A DNA stretch of 64,000 nucleotides from Lytechinus pictus (Eukaryota): positions 5,768,001 through 5,832,000 of the forward strand of contig NC_087245.1 in assembly GCF_037042905.1 (NCBI RefSeq), given 5' to 3'. The translations under genes were made by a program, and so were the position numbers. Positions 12,901-23,562 of this stretch are shown here, one piece after another. The stretch's first letter is position 1, and every line of letters begins with the position of its first letter. The notes beneath the pieces are model-generated. The model did no database searches and was not told the DNA's origin. It worked only from the letters and a program-made list of their open reading frames with translations.

Positions 12901-15900
12901 ATTATGCCTAACGTAACCAGTTTACGTGTTCAATAAAAAAGCAATATTACATTAGTACCTACAAGGAAGTATTTGCATTATATGTTTGTAGATTTACAAA
13001 ACTTAATTATGAAAAAGAAACGTTCGACATACTGTAATGTGGTAGTCGGAGAACTTTTTAGATAATGAAAATTTGAGCTACCTTTAAAAACGCTGGATCA
13101 TGTCGATGCTTTTTGTGTTTTGAATTTATTTCTTTTTCCAAACTTAATTGCGCTTTCGAGACAGGAGTACTAAAGTTTTTATTATCTCTTCAAATGCAGA
13201 TGAAGCTAGAATCCTCGTCTGCCGAATTAGACAAGATGAAGCTCCCGATTCACAAGAGTGACATCGAAAGTCAGACTAATTCAAACACCAATTTGGACAA
13301 TTTCGATGCAAGTTCTATCATGACAGGTGCCACGGATCCCAAGACTGCAGAAACATTTCAAGAGTCGGAGATTACTGTAGAATCGCAAACGATTGAACAA
13401 AAAATAAAGGAAGATGCCCAAGTGATAGGAGAGCAGAAAATGCAACAAGAAGAGGTGAGGAATAACCAAAAAGAGGATATCACTGCCAGTGTGCCAGAAC
13501 CCACGAATGATAGCCTTAATGGAGACAATACACAATGCACAAATGATAATGCGGATGTGCGAGAGACTAATAACCACTCATCAGATAACTTCAAGGATGA
13601 CAGACGTATTGGAGATGTGTCAGTGATGCTGATGGAGAACCCAACAGGCAAATATGATAGATCTAGCGTACATGGGATGTCAGCAGAAGAAGGCATTAAT
13701 CAGCATCAATTTCAGAGAAAGGTTACTCCAGGTACTCTGGATAAGACAGGATACTTGACTGAAGAGCTGCACTCGAATGCTGAGGATTCTCAACTGAAAA
13801 CAATCGAACCAGGACAGGATGGCAATGAAATCAAGATAATGAGGAAAACAATATCAAATACGGTCTCCCTCGATGCATCCAGAGAGACTTTGAAAGGTCC
13901 TGCCAAAATAAGTTATATTGAAGATTCTCAGGCACGTACGGATGATAAACTACTTGAAGCTGAGACAGGCAACGATGCAGAAAATATCCTGCCCGTGGAC
14001 AATGAACAAGTTTCGCCGGTGCAGGAAGACAAGACATCACGCATGATAGATATTGATACTGTTCATAAAACACGAGAAGGTACTGCTAACCAAGCACAAT
14101 TGCTTACTGATACATCTGCAGTATTGGGAAATCTGGATGAGGTTGAGGTTTGCAATGAAGATATTCTTATACCCAGCACCTACGAAGAAGAAAAACTTGC
14201 GTGCTGCAGAGGGCAAGAAAATCAAGAAATGCACCAAGCAGATTTGAGTGGATGTGAGAAAGATGCTGTTGATTCAAGCGAAAGTATGCTGTCAGTGGAT
14301 GTACAGACTGAACGAGGAAAAATTAATTCACCTCTTTGCGAGACTGGTCAGAAGAGCCTTGTGAGTTACCAAAAAGGAGCAAAACCAATTGAACAGATAG
14401 CAAATAAAAGCACGTCGTCTTTGACCTCAGTACTGACGGAAGCAGATGAAGTGCCTGAAACCAAAGAGGCAGAGCATACAAATAAGATAGTTGCAGTGGA
14501 AAATTATTCTCTTTCTGAAACTACTGTGCTCCAAGGTGCTCAGCGTACCAGCAGTTCATATTCAGGTAATAATTCCAGAGATGTACATGAAAAACCTGAG
14601 CCAGCTACAAGTCTCTGTGGATCAGGTAACTACAGCAGCTTGTGGAAGAAAGGAAAATTCTCTCCTGTCACGACAGATCCTACCTGCCTTCAAACATCCA
14701 AACAGAAGATGGCAACTTCATTGCATCAGTTGTCAAGTCCTCCATTTGTTATTAAGTCTTCATTATCTCCCTCGGATATGGCTTCTTGTCCTCTCAATTC
14801 AGACTCGGAAGCAGTGTCCACTCCAAGCAACACCGATGACCGTCAAAGTTACTCTCTGGCTAAGACAAGGTTGACTTGGTCATCTCCAGCCATAATGAGG
14901 ACCAACATGATTGGAAGAGCAACATCATACTCATCAAGGAAGGATCTTGATCCGTTGAGAATGCAACCAACTAAAAATATCAACATCGCAACAGAAACGC
15001 CGCATGTACCGTATTCACACTGCCATTCGTCAGCCCAGCAGCTCCATCAATCGCTTTGTCATATTGTGTGTGCAACATCTTTGACGTCCACAGTCACATC
15101 GATTGATCAAAAGTGTACAGTACCAAAATCTTTTGGGATTTCTCAAGAGTGTACCCAGGAGGCATCCAATAATAGATCCCTTGAAATTCAGGAAGCTGTG
15201 CCAAGGCCCGGGAGACCCATCTTTGACAAACAATCTAACGGAGAAGACCAAGAGAAAACTTTATCCAAGCAGGTAGGAACATGTATCTCAATCCCCAATT
15301 TTCTCACCTATTGGCTTCACTTGCGACTAAAACCGTGAGCACTGAACAAGTCTACATATGAACGAATCCATGCATTTGTGATTAATCTCTGTGCACGTAT
15401 TTTCCATGACCCCCGTTATGGCGTAGTTGTTTTAAATTAGTTAAACTTAGGCCAACTATAAAGTGGTTTAAAGTAACGATGGAGACGCAATTTTACATGA
15501 TTTCCGGATAAGGTAATAAGACAAAAGGGACATTTTTCTTCAATAAGTGACTACCGACAATTGTCAGAAATTTGTTAAATAATTGTAAAATATCAGTCTC
15601 ATTTTTTTTTTATATACAGTCTATATCCAAGTCGTATTATTGTTTTAGGAGCTTGAAAGTAGTAAACAAATAACCCTATGCAACTTGTATGCTTTCTTAA
15701 AGGAGAATGAAACCTTTGGAACAAGATAGATTGTGTGAAAACAGAAAAATCAAAGAAACAGACCAACGAAAGTTTGAGAAAAATTTGACAAATAATGAAA
15801 AAGTTATGAGCATTTGAATATTGCGATCACTAATGCTATGGAGATCCTCCAATTGGCAATGCGACAAAGATGTGTGATGTCACTTGTGAACAACTCTCCC

Positions 15901-16883
15901 CATTACTTTAGTATATATTTCACTTAAACTGCCTCTTTTATCACATCTATCAGAAGATCATGTGTTATTTCTATAGGAGGGCATGTAATACAGATTTTTA
16001 AAGAATACATCATAGATAAAGAGTTTGTATCACCATAAGAAAAAAGAAACATTTAGGGGTATTTTATAGTCCATCAAAGGGAAAGTTGTTCACATGTGAC
16101 ATCACACATCCTTGTCGCATTGCCAATTGGAGGATCTCCATAGCATTAGTGATTGCAATATTCAAATGCTCATAACTTTCTCATTATTTATCCATTTTTT
16201 CTCAAACTTTCTTTGTTCTTATTCTTAGATTTTTCTGTTTTGACACAAGCCTAATTGTTCCAAAGGTTTCATTCCCCTTTAATGCGTTGATATAAACAAG
16301 GATATATTAATTTGATGGAAGTACTTTCCACACTACATGTATTGTGATGCGGAAAGAAGAAGAAAAAAACATTCCGAAGAACTCAAATTAAAACAAACAC
16401 ACCCAAGACAAAAACGGAAACATTTACCTCAAGAAAGGAACACCAGTCGTTCGTAAAGTTGCTTTATGAAACACCCACCCGGGCTTTTGTTTCCTTTTTT
16501 TTTAACCAAACGTATGATTTCAAAGGGGAATAATTAAACTAATGAGCATAAATTCAAAGATAAATTTCTCGACGTCTAGTTTAACTCTTTGTGAGTTGTA
16601 ATTATAATCTGCACTTGGGTGAAAAACTTTGCGATTCTTCTTGTAGGATCCCAAACCAACTACGAAGGTTTCAAAGTACCCTACCTTATCGTTCAGTTTT
16701 CCAAACCGACCGCCTATCGTCATAGACCAAGTTCATGGAGGTGCCGGAGATGCGGGTGGAGACGTCAGTCTATTCTCAGATGAAGAAGGCGAGGAAGACA
16801 TGGCAGATGATGTGGCTAGCCAGATCAATCGTATCCAAAATTTTCTGAAGAAGGACCGGTTGAAAAGGGCAAAATTGGAATGA
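920..16883 (+). CDS. CCDC73: Coiled-coil domain-containing protein 73-like; join(920..982,5546..5617,7260..7367,8265..8339,9390..9564,10241..10449,11124..11183,12055..12270,12673..12813,13200..15272,16647..16883), about 1142 aa
   Basis: All introns are GT-AG with matching phases and the joined frame is open. Peptides resemble vertebrate CCDC73 as recalled from memory: LRDLLMELVEELKITR, KMKHLESEK-SKLQLAVEGWEKEIKTMKEVVRALE-LSKY, CEISSLKEDL, and the C-terminal SQINRIQNFLKKDRLKRAK. A large low-complexity penultimate exon is present. The true start may lie upstream. Confidence 0.85.
2651..3869. mobile_element. Non-autonomous DNA element nested in the Helentron-like element
   Basis: Interrupts the host unit CTAGTTCA|TGAAAC. 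Ends are imperfectly inverted (TGATCGGTT ... AACCGATCA). Dispersed CATCACGGACGGAC-like motifs occur near 2665, 2843 and 3029, and inverted near 3672. Confidence 0.55.
3921..4612. mobile_element. TIR element (possibly PIF/Harbinger-like MITE) nested in the Helentron-like element
   Basis: TIRs AAGCCCCCCTCACACCTAACCGAAT and ATCGGTCAGGTGTGAGGGGCTT; CpG-rich interior unlike the flanks. Confidence 0.7.
5546..5617 (+). CDS. CCDC73: CCDC73-like exon (AEVTENEDRIQQLVNECHDKERKL)
   Basis: TACAG acceptor, GTGAGA donor, 72 nt, phase 0-0, coiled-coil composition. Confidence 0.75.
5811..6415. mobile_element. TTAA-flanked MITE (Kolobok-like)
   Basis: TTAA-AGGGGAATCCA ... TGGATTCCCCT-TTAA with degenerate longer inverted arms. 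Confidence 0.75.
7260..7367 (+). CDS. CCDC73: CCDC73-like exon (EEEALMALSLR...KMKHLESEK)
   Basis: AAG acceptor, GTGAGA donor, 108 nt, phase 0-0. Confidence 0.8.
8265..8339 (+). CDS. CCDC73: CCDC73-like exon (SKLQLAVEGWEKEIKTMKEVVRALE)
   Basis: Polypyrimidine tract plus CAG acceptor, GTATGT donor, 75 nt. Confidence 0.85.
8617..8828. mobile_element. Small hAT-like MITE
   Basis: TIRs CAGAGCTGCC / GGCAGCTCTG; internal AAAATACTGA motifs; TSD only partial. Confidence 0.5.
9390..9564 (+). CDS. CCDC73: CCDC73-like exon (LSKYNQDKTVRELQHRL...ILKRE)
   Basis: TAG acceptor, GTATGT donor, 175 nt, phase 0-1. Confidence 0.85.
10036..10180. mobile_element. Short palindromic MITE
   Basis: GGGCCCGTAACACAAA ... 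TTTGTGTTACGGGGCCC inverted ends. Confidence 0.65.
10241..10449 (+). CDS. CCDC73: CCDC73-like exon (SEAGVLNMKL...LTKELKQ)
   Basis: CAG acceptor, GTAAAA donor, 209 nt, phase 1-0; lies within ORF 10165..10479. Confidence 0.85.
11124..11183 (+). CDS. CCDC73: CCDC73-like exon (VALINQDLKTQYEEGRRANQ)
   Basis: CAG acceptor, GTAGTA donor, 60 nt, phase 0-0. Confidence 0.75.
12055..12270 (+). CDS. CCDC73: CCDC73-like exon (VTQAQLQECQDLLQRF...KKKTE)
   Basis: TAG acceptor, GTAGAT donor, 216 nt, heptad-rich. Confidence 0.8.
12493..12655 (+). mobile_element. Truncated copy of the Helentron-like element
   Basis: GTCTCGCCTGCATAGCAGAGCGAGAT head, GGCGGCGGC, and AAACTTGGACATTAGGGTAATCAAGTATCACTGA all match the copy at 1660. 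Confidence 0.7.
12673..12813 (+). CDS. CCDC73: CCDC73-like exon (VLRLEEENEKMK...EMEDLK)
   Basis: CAG acceptor, GTAATA donor, 141 nt. Confidence 0.8.
13200..15272 (+). CDS. CCDC73: CCDC73-like large exon encoding about 691 aa of acidic, Ser/Thr-rich, probably disordered sequence
   Basis: Lies within the 741-aa ORF 13113..15338; CAG acceptor ending 13199, CAG/GTAGGA donor at 15273, phase 0-0. Confidence 0.85.
15697..16282. mobile_element. TTAA-flanked foldback MITE (Kolobok-like) with about 200-bp inverted arms
   Basis: TTAA-AGGAGAATGAAACCTTTGGAACAA ... TTGTTCCAAAGGTTTCATTCCCCT-TTAA; arm 15697-15897 mirrors 16081-16282. Confidence 0.85.
16647..16883 (+). CDS. CCDC73: CCDC73-like terminal exon (DPKPTTK...SQINRIQNFLKKDRLKRAKLE*)
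   Basis: TTCTTCTTGTAG acceptor; TGA at 16881-16883. Confidence 0.8.
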   Translation, partial: DPKPTTKVSKYPTLSFSFPNRPPIVIDQVHGGAGDAGGDVSLFSDEEGEEDMADDVASQINRIQNFLKKDRLKRAKLE

Positions 16884-16922
16884 CCACTTTGCTGTTCCAC
16901 CTTATCCAAGAAGACATACCTT

Positions 16923-16928
16923 AATAAA
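16923..16928 (+). promoter_or_regulatory. Candidate polyadenylation signal AATAAA of the CCDC73-like gene
   Basis: AATAAA about 40 nt after the stop codon, followed by T-rich sequence. Confidence 0.45.
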
Positions 16929-17762
16929 GTAAGGAAATAATCACTAAAGTTCCCGTATATTTATTCCTTTTTTTCGAAGAAAGTCTTTATTCAGTATTTC
17001 ATCATATTATAAATGATATAATTAAATGCAAAATACATGTAGTACATTACGTACAATATTAACTTTATAGATGACAAATTTAAATAAGCTCGATGTGCCT
17101 TGATCCATCAAACGTACATTAAACTTATTTTGTTGCATATTCATATTGTGTTCTGACTCATGCTGATATTTAATTTTTATTACGATGAAAAAAAGGACAA
17201 CATCTAGTTGAAAAATATAATATTTAGTATAAATATCAAAAATTAAACGAAGATTAATTTCCACCTGGTATGCCAAATACATACTCAATAAAAATAACTT
17301 CATTGCACTTTCAAGAGTGTATTTTTAAAATCACCCCCCAAAATCTGAGTTTTTTAAATATTTTTTTTCTGTACATGTTTAATGTTGTACGTAATGTATT
17401 GCATCTATTTTACATTTGATTATACATGTATAATTTGTGGAGAAATATTGAATACTTTCAATATAAAAATCGACGCGTAGAGGGGCATTCCCAAAATGAA
17501 AAAGCAGTATTTTAATGTGTTTTGAACACAAATCAGAATGTAATATACCAACATTTTTCAAATACTAGTTAACACCAAGAATATGAATATTTTAGTTTTG
17601 AAAATATTTAAGCTGTGTTGATAAATAACATTTACATTGAATGATATAAAATTTGTTCCAGGTAGCAATTGGTTCTGAAAGAACTATCCATTTGTTTGTG
17701 AAATAAGAGTTGTAACATTTTTCTCAACACATATTTTATGAATAAATTTACATACCTTCGTT

Positions 17763-17876
17763 CAGTGGCGGACCGTGACCCGGAGGAGACAAAGCATTGG
17801 AGGGGCTCAGCATTGTTCACAAACAATACAGTGCCCCTCCAATCAATCGTCTCCTCCGGGTCACGGTCCGCCACTG
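17763..17876. mobile_element. hAT-type MITE with perfect 28-bp TIR and 8-bp TSD
   Basis: TIR CAGTGGCGGACCGTGACCCGGAGGAGAC; TSD CCTTCGTT at 17755-17762 and 17877-17884. Confidence 0.9.
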
Positions 17877-19959
17877 CCTTCGTTGATTTATTTCTCGCGC
17901 ATCCTCTTTCTATCTCTCAACTCTAAACCACGATACATTTTTTGAAAACAAAACCTCTACGGAACGTGAACGTTTTTATTTTGACAAATAAAAACGGCAG
18001 CGATTGTCTTGTTATTGTTTTAAGAAAGCCAAAATGCCCCATGTTACAGGTCCTAAATAACCCTCTTTGACTTTGCATCTTAAATGTGTTTTCAGTTAAA
18101 CTTCACAAGGACTTTCCTACTATCCACACAACTTACCTTCGGGCAACCATAAAATGGGGAAATTATATAATTTGTATAAAATAAGATATGGTGTTGCTTT
18201 CTTGACATTGCTTGTCAAACCAGACAAGGCCTTAAATATCAACTGGGGCAAGAACTCTAACATGTTAGTCCGAAACTTGCAGTGATATTTGAGAAAGTCT
18301 ACTTACCAAAAGTCAGATCTTAAACAAGCTGAGAAACGTACCTTGCCCAGAAAATATGTCAACATCTTTATTTTGTGTTTATGAAGATTTAAGTCAAACA
18401 CACATTCGGCTCAGCATTTTATAGTAAAGTCATGTGTGACTTTACGAAGAGGTTTATTCCGGCTTTGATTTTAAAAGCAGAAAGACTGGATAATATCCAA
18501 ACCCAGTTATAAAGTTCATGGATTCATGGATGTTTCTTTCCTGAAACTGATGCTGCGTTATCCCCTTAGGGGAATAGGGCACCCATGAAATAATTGTAAT
18601 TATTAATGCCACGGTAAATTATCCCCTTAAGATTTGTTAATGGAGGCGCCATATACAGTTGCTTGATTTACTACTTTCGATACTGCACTAAATGATATGT
18701 CAGACAAGAGTTTCGTGCATTTTATTCTTTATATATATGTAAGGCATCATCTTAAGAAAAAATCTTATCTTCTCATTGTTACTTCCCCGTTTATTTTTGT
18801 TTGTTCCTTTTAATGAGGTGCAGTAATTGTTAGAAAACCTTGGAATATAACATTCGTCACTGACCTCGACACATATGTCTCGGGATTGCACCTTTAAAAG
18901 GACATGATGCCCGTTGCACAAATGATAATCAAGAGCAAGTCCCAATCACAGTTTAATAAATTTAATTCCATTTTTAGAATTCCGTTTGTTTGCAAATTCT
19001 GTTTGCAACGGAATTCTGATGTTTGCTATTCAAAACAAACCATGCATTGAAGTTGTGAAATATCCAAGTTCATTTGTTTGATAAAGCAAAATGCAACTCA
19101 AGCGGAGCTCGAGCGAAAACAAAATGGTCCATATAGACTTAGCAAATAATGAGTGGAAAATGTATATCTACTAAAATAAAAGTATTTTCTCCAGAAAAAT
19201 CTCGAATGGAAGCAGTTTGTCAAAAACATAAACATGGCAAGCGATTGCTCAGACAAAACAGTACATACATGTAGATATTCATAACAAAATGTGTAACGGT
19301 AACATTTAAAATGGTACGCATAACCCACCCCCCCCCCCTTTTTCCACCAAAAAAATAAACCAAAACCTTTAGCTCGTAAATGAGTCCTGGATTTAGTGTC
19401 AAAATGAACGGAATTGCATTTCTTTCGATGTTGCCAAAGTAGCTCCTTGCTTTACTGGATCTTTAAACAAGTGCACTCAAAAGCCTCGTCCAGAGAATTT
19501 TTTTGGGGGGGATTATGCATTGATTAATATTCCAAAGATATTTATTTAGTCACAACCCAGACGTAGGCCGTGTTGATCGGAGGAAGGGTCTGAGGGAGCT
19601 CAGAGGAAAGGTCGGAGTAGTGCCCGTCTGGACAGAGTTACTTCGACCAAGATGCTCCTGGAAAGGGTTAGCAGTTAAATTAAGTGCCTCCATCCATTCC
19701 CCATGCTATATCGATACTTCCCATTTCTTAAGATTTGTCACTTTTTTCAGTAGAAAGGGAGTTTAATTGCCTATTCAAAGTCTCCCTCTTAATAGTTCCC
19801 CGTTTTGAGAGAGCCAACCTGGGAATAAAAGTATAATTCTTCAATGCAACATCATATTCATATTTCGAGGGGGGGGGGGGTGCCCGCTTTCTTTCTATGT
19901 TATGTACCCTGCACTTCTCTGTCCCTCCCCTCTTCTCCCCCTCACATCCCCCCTCTCCC

Positions 19960-20230
19960 CCTAATGCTATTTTGTTTGTAATGTAACTAAGTTTATTTAG
20001 GGGCTTGCCTTTTGTACAAGCTTTGCTTTTTTCGGCAAGACCCTCCGTTTTACTTTAAAATACAATTGTCATACTAGGTAATTTTATTTATTGAATTGTG
20101 TTCCTTAAATCTAAGATTATGTTATGTATATTTTATTACGTCTTGCATTATTTTCGACCTTGTTTTGTTATACTTATCATGCTTATGTTGTGAAACGGAA
20201 ATCAATAAATCAAATCAAATCAAATCAATT
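19960..20230 (+). mobile_element. Probable 3' tail of a CR1/L2-like LINE
   Basis: Stem-loop-like GGGCTTGCC...GGCAAGACCC, AT-rich 3' UTR, then AATAAA and an (AAATC)n tail. Confidence 0.45.
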
Positions 20231-23200
20231 CAATACTGTTTCAACATGTTTCAACTGTTTCAGCTCGCAGTTGAGAGCATATTCTCACTTCAACTCTAAT
20301 TGAGGTATTATGAACACAAATCTACATGTAAGTTGATATTTCCCCCTTGCTGTTATACTGTACTCATTTAATCGTTGATCAAAGTGAACATGATAATGTA
20401 TACACGTGCATGTATATGATATACACGTATTTAGAAAACATTTGGCCCGATATCACGCAAAGAGTTTTCTTAATTATCCAATAGTTGGAAGCAAGTATTT
20501 TAACCCATTTACATCTTTGTGAATAAATTTTAGCATTATATAAAATTTCAAGCTAAACTCGTATCTGTGTTTGTGCCATGTCGTTTGGATGTTTCTAACG
20601 TTACCTTTAATTCAGCAGAATAAAATAATGTGAAACCTACAACTTTTTCTCGATTGATGTTCAATGTCGATATTTTGTTTATTTGTTGGTTTTTCATATA
20701 ATTTTTGTTTAGGGAGCGGGATTTTCGGAGGAAAGGCGTGAATGGGATTTACACAAATACTGCACATTTATCTATTTGTTAAATATGTTAGCAAAGTCAT
20801 GGCCTAAAATGCAATGCCTGGATTGAAATTATTATTAAAATATATAAATACAAAGTACAAAACACCGACCATTGCGTCATAAGATGAAAAATAGAACGTT
20901 ATGAAAATTCTAATGTGTGCATTACTTTAGTAATTTCGTTGTGTCAGAATTGAGTTGCCCCAATTTATAACCTTTTAAAACCTGATTCTTTGAGGCAACA
21001 ATTGTTCACCACCTTTCCGTCTTGCAAGCCGATAAGACGAATTATGGCAACTACATTTTTGTGCCTGTCTGAAGGCAAGTCATCGTTACGAAATGAGGTT
21101 TCATACAAAATTTCAAAAATGAGTTCTTGCACTCAATTGAATGATACATTAACATCACAGTGGACTGTTATTTCCCTAAGGGACTAGGCAAGTCTGGATA
21201 GCAGCATGTAGATTCCAGTTTGAAATGAGATATCTAGATTCGCTCTTTCTCATTTGGAAATGATAACTTTGATGACAAAATATGTAAATTATGTGCACTA
21301 AATTTACGTCATAATGTCAGAGATGGAGGTTACTTGATTAATTCCTCTTCATAAAGAATGGCAACATTCAGCGGGTGTTCAGCATCGCACGTCATTTTCT
21401 GTACATTCAATAAATGCCTTTGGTTTATTTTCAATAATTACTACCATTATTAGGAGAAGGTCTTAAGCAGTTAAGAAAGCAATTCCAAAAATTGTGTACA
21501 TCCAACGACGTTTCTGACATAATTCGACTCTTTTTATTATCATTATTATTATAGACCCCTCAAAAAAGTTTGGAAATCTGAGTTTGGCCATTAATTTCTC
21601 CCAGCTCCCAATTTTACACAATGCATATTTGATATCATTCAAAAAGATCATTTAATTTTCTTTAAAATGATACCATGCTCGATATGATCATGCCATCACG
21701 AAAAGAGCAGGACTCAAAAGTGTTGGATGAGGTCTGAATTGAAAAGCTGCAAAACGAGCAGAAATAGTCATGAAGGGTCAATAAAGAACATGATTCCTTT
21801 GTCTGTGTCAATAGAGATGAAAATCCATTCAAATCAAGCCCCTGCTTTTTCATTTTTGATGTTTTGGTGTGGTTTATGTAGTGATGGTTCTGTGATATAA
21901 CATGGTTTGAGTCGTGGTTTGAAATACCCATGCATGTTTGTTATGGGTTTGCTTATGCAGATGTGTGTTTGATTCCATGTTAATGTTAAGGTGCATGAAA
22001 ACAAAAGAAACCGCTGAGAAACTCACTCATCACCACGGAAAAAAGAACATTGACTTTCAATATTGTGTCATTTCGCAACTTTTGAATTTTGACCATGCCC
22101 CTCATTTCAAGGCACTGCACCTCCATGTGAACCATAATCATATGTAGGATATCATCTTTAAGAGGATTAAATGATCTCTTCATTGGTATCAATCACACAT
22201 GAATATTCACTAAAACCGAGGAGGAATAATCGATCAAATCAGATTTCCAAACTTTTTTGGAGGAGTTTATATTGGACGCACACAGCTCTCAGCATGCTCA
22301 GAATGAATTTTTATGTATGCTGACATTGTGCAAACTGAATGAATGGTAATTTCAAATTCAAAGCATAAATCTTTTATTCTTCCACTATGAAACATCATTA
22401 GAAAAAAAAATCATCACTACTGTATAAAATAAGATTCTTACCATACATTTCTATGTATAGACTTTATTTCAATGGTGACACATTACATGGATGTGTTATC
22501 AAATAAACTTTGTACAAATTTATTTAATTTATAATATCTATAATGCACAAAACGAATTTCATCCATTATTATAAACACAATTGAAGAATGATCTAATACA
22601 CTTTAGATACTGGTATATAAAATGTACTAAATGTATAAATCTATACAAAAATAAAAACTTGATGTAAAAAATGTGCGCTTTATCTTTCATCTTCATTGTA
22701 CATTGAGTTCATTAGAACTTTTCTTTTCATTCTAGCACTTCCATTTACAGATTCGCAATTATAACAAAAATATATTATATCACATTTTCCTAATTATGTA
22801 CAGTGATTTTCATGCAGAATAAGTATTTTATCTCGATACTAAAGACATTGTTTTTTATTTTTATTATTTATTTATTCATTTATTTTGTGGGGGGGGGGGA
22901 TTACGGGCCAGAAAACAAACAACACGATAGGCCTAACTACTGTAGATATAAACATTTTGCGATGGAATACTGAGTGTATTACTGCTATGTACAGGTGTCA
23001 ATGATTACCATACCTTATTTCAAATCTATACATGTTTACAATAATGTACGATTACGACTACTGTATCTTTTTTCTTTCCTCCTTCATGTCCTTGTAAAGG
23101 AAATGTAATATTTGAAAAAAAATTCTACAAAGAAAATCCTCAAAGTGTGACAATTTAACGTTTAGATCTTTTTTTGTTATTATTACTTATTACTTATACG

Positions 23201-23384
23201 GCGCTTTTTCCATAAGGCCTAAAGCGCTTACAATGAAAATACTAAAAATAGATAATATAATGCTAAAACTATGAAACTACAAACTAGGGCTAATCATGAA
23301 TATCATGAATCATTAATATTCTTATTCAAAAACATTTCTCGCCCAATTTTCTACGTTTTAGGAAAATTAATTATATTTACTACC

Positions 23385-23562
23385 AGGGACCCGTTTCATA
23401 AAGAGTTGCAACTGTTGTAACTTTGCTATTATGGTAACTACCATGGTAACCTTGATTTTGATTGGCTGCTGAGCCCTGTTGCCATGGTAGTTGCCATAAT
23501 GGCAAAGTTATAACAGTTGTAACTCTTTATGAAATGGCCCCTAATGATTAAATAATTTGAAT
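23385..23562. mobile_element. Palindromic MITE
   Basis: GGGACCCGTTTCATAAAGAGTTGCAACTGTTGTAACTTTGC ... GCAAAGTTATAACAGTTGTAACTCTTTATGAAATGGCCCC; a degenerate relative lies near 55215-55360. Confidence 0.75.

Noticed and set aside
13281..15251. Several antisense or alternative-frame ORFs
   Set aside because: Shadows of the long coding exon with no recognisable motifs.
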